From Amoebidium appalachense (lineage: Eukaryota; Protista; Ichthyosporea): a stretch of DNA of 64,000 bases. The translations under genes and the position numbers were made by a program. The notes beneath the pieces are model-generated. The model was not told where the DNA came from and ran no database searches. It was given only the letters and a program-made list of their open reading frames with translations. Where the stretch lies: NCBI GenBank assembly GCA_963693365.1, contig CAVNZM010000001.1, positions 21,212,125-21,276,124 of the forward strand, read 5' to 3'. Positions within the stretch are counted from its first letter, which is position 1, and each line of letters begins with the position of its first letter. This document shows, piece after piece, positions 53,922 through 64,000 of the stretch.

Positions 53922-55428
53922 ACACAGACACACACACAAACACGCAAACGCACACACAGTGTCACGAACAGTCGCTCAAAATGTAAAGAAGACAGCCATA
54001 TTACTGGGTGCCATGTTACCGGCGACTGCACACATCACACACAGTGCCACACGCACATACACATTGAATGTCCATCCAATAAACCAGCTCAGTCTACGTA
54101 GCAAACCGTGAGATAGCACAAACCGTGGCAACCAATCGACAGACACACACGGAATCTACTATAGGCTTCTTGCTGCAGGGGCTACGGAGATTTTTTTTGC
54201 GGGCACACTTGTAACGCTGTGCTTAGAAACACAGCAACAGAACAGCAAAAAAGGTCCAGTACCACACGCTTCCCGTATGCATCGTTCTGGTGGTGGTGTC
54301 GTGTGTATGTGTGGGTGAATGTGCATGTGTGTGGCAGACGATGTGTGTGTGAGCGTGTGTGGTAGGGTGTGGGATACATAGCATGCCTGTGCGCGACTGC
54401 AGTGGCGGGCGGGGAGGCCTGTGAGCTGCCATTTAGAGCTGATCATGCATGCCTGTAGCACGTGTTCACTCTGAAAGCGGCTATGCTTGCATGGGTCCTA
54501 AGAGAGCATGCAGGCACGTGAAGTCCCCGCCCAAGGGCCTTAAGCTTGCCCGATCGCGAGTGACTACGACATGCACTATGATCCCCACCCCACCGGCCCC
54601 TCCCGGCAATCCCTCACCCCACCCCACCCCACCCGAACACGCACACCTACAGGACCCACATACTCACGCCGGCCGCGGCGGGCCTGACTACATCACGGCT
54701 GCCGGCCCCGCAGCATTGATCAGCACGGTGACGTAATGTTGCAGAAAATGCCTTCTATATTTGGCAGGTAGCACTCCCAAATAGGCAAAGCTTGCTCCAC
54801 CAACCACATCAGCTCTTATATAGCCATTTACGGTAGGTACTTCAGCTTACGCCGGCGGCACTGAAGTTCAACTTCAAGGTCCAACCCAACTTACACTTGT
54901 AGCAAACACCCTCCAGGAGTTGCAGGTCAGTTCGGCTTCAGCTGCATAGTCACAGTGGGCCTATTTGGTTGCTGAGCACCAAGCACAGTCACGCTGTAAT
55001 AGAGCTAAGCGCCACCACGGTTGCACACTAGCCACAGTGTAAGCATGCACATACACGCACCAACAGCCTGTTGCCTGATCCATGCGTGTGTCAACGGCGT
55101 AATTAGTAGGCAAATCCTATCACAAACCAAACGCACCGGGCACCTCCTGGTTTAGGCCAAGAGGTACAAATAAGGACGAGCCAGAGTGCAGGCTGCGCCT
55201 GGGCGGGGCACGAGCTTTAACTGACGACAGGGAACACCATTTGAGCACAATTATTATCTATAAAAAAATACACAAAGTCACACATACACAAATACCCCAA
55301 GGTGCCCAAAGGAGCACATACAGGCCGCGTGCGCGCAGGCTGCGCGGGGCTGCAGCAGGCACGGGCTATGATGCTGCGCCTGCCGCGCTCACACGGCCCC
55401 GACACAGCGGGCGGCTAGACCGGCCACA

Positions 55429-63479
<8,051 letters not shown>

Positions 63480-64000
63480 GTACCCTTGCCTGGCCTTTTT
63501 TTTTTTCCCCCTGGGGGCAGGGGCAGGGTGGGGGGTGGGGTGGGGGGGGGGGGGGGGGGGGGGGAGGGGGTGGCTGCATGATTTCGCCATAGTGGGGATT
63601 AAAATGTATATAGGCTGTTTGTGGGCAAGCCACTGTGACAGGCACACCACGTGTGTGCACACATGCGGCCACACGATGTGCACACACACTTGCAGGCCAT
63701 ACATATGTGCACGAACACACACTTGCAGGCCATACATATGTGCACACACACGCACACACACTTGCAGACCATGCATATGTGCACACACACATTTGCAAAC
63801 CATGCACCCACTTGCAGGCCATGCACATGAGCACACACACACATGCTCGCCACAACCTACGTGCACATACACATGCCAGCTAACTCAGACACATATGCAG
63901 TCCTCATCCATGTTCACACACACATCTTCCTCATTTGGCATATGCACACTTACACAACCACCCGATCATCTAACCATCCACAAAATCACGCACACACGCA

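Overview
Eukaryotic, intron-rich genomic DNA with GC3-rich exons separated by introns full of (CA/GT)n, poly-C/poly-G and short tandem repeats. Most ORFs in the six-frame track are microsatellite artefacts. Splicing by eye gives seven protein genes: the 5' part of a casein kinase 1 (CK1)-family kinase (-, runs off the left edge), an intronless SERF/4F5 gene (+), DCAF1/VprBP (-, about 20 exons), an NCLX/CCX-type cation/Ca2+ exchanger (+, about 20 exons), a GH31 alpha-glucosidase with two trefoil domains and a C-terminal membrane anchor (+), a secreted GH114 glycosidase (+), and the TORC2 subunit SIN1/MAPKAP1 (+, runs off the right edge). The animal-like proteins, fungal-like splice signals and a GH114 gene suggest a unicellular holozoan such as an ichthyosporean; this is inference only. 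Non-genic features include a hAT-type MITE with an 8-bp TSD, a two-copy structured intronic element with hammerhead-like or C/D-box-like motifs, and a 180-bp intronic hairpin. The most striking recurrent pattern is tandem arrays built from the genes' own splice signals (donor, acceptor and branch-point arrays). Exon coordinates were read manually and may be off by a few nt.
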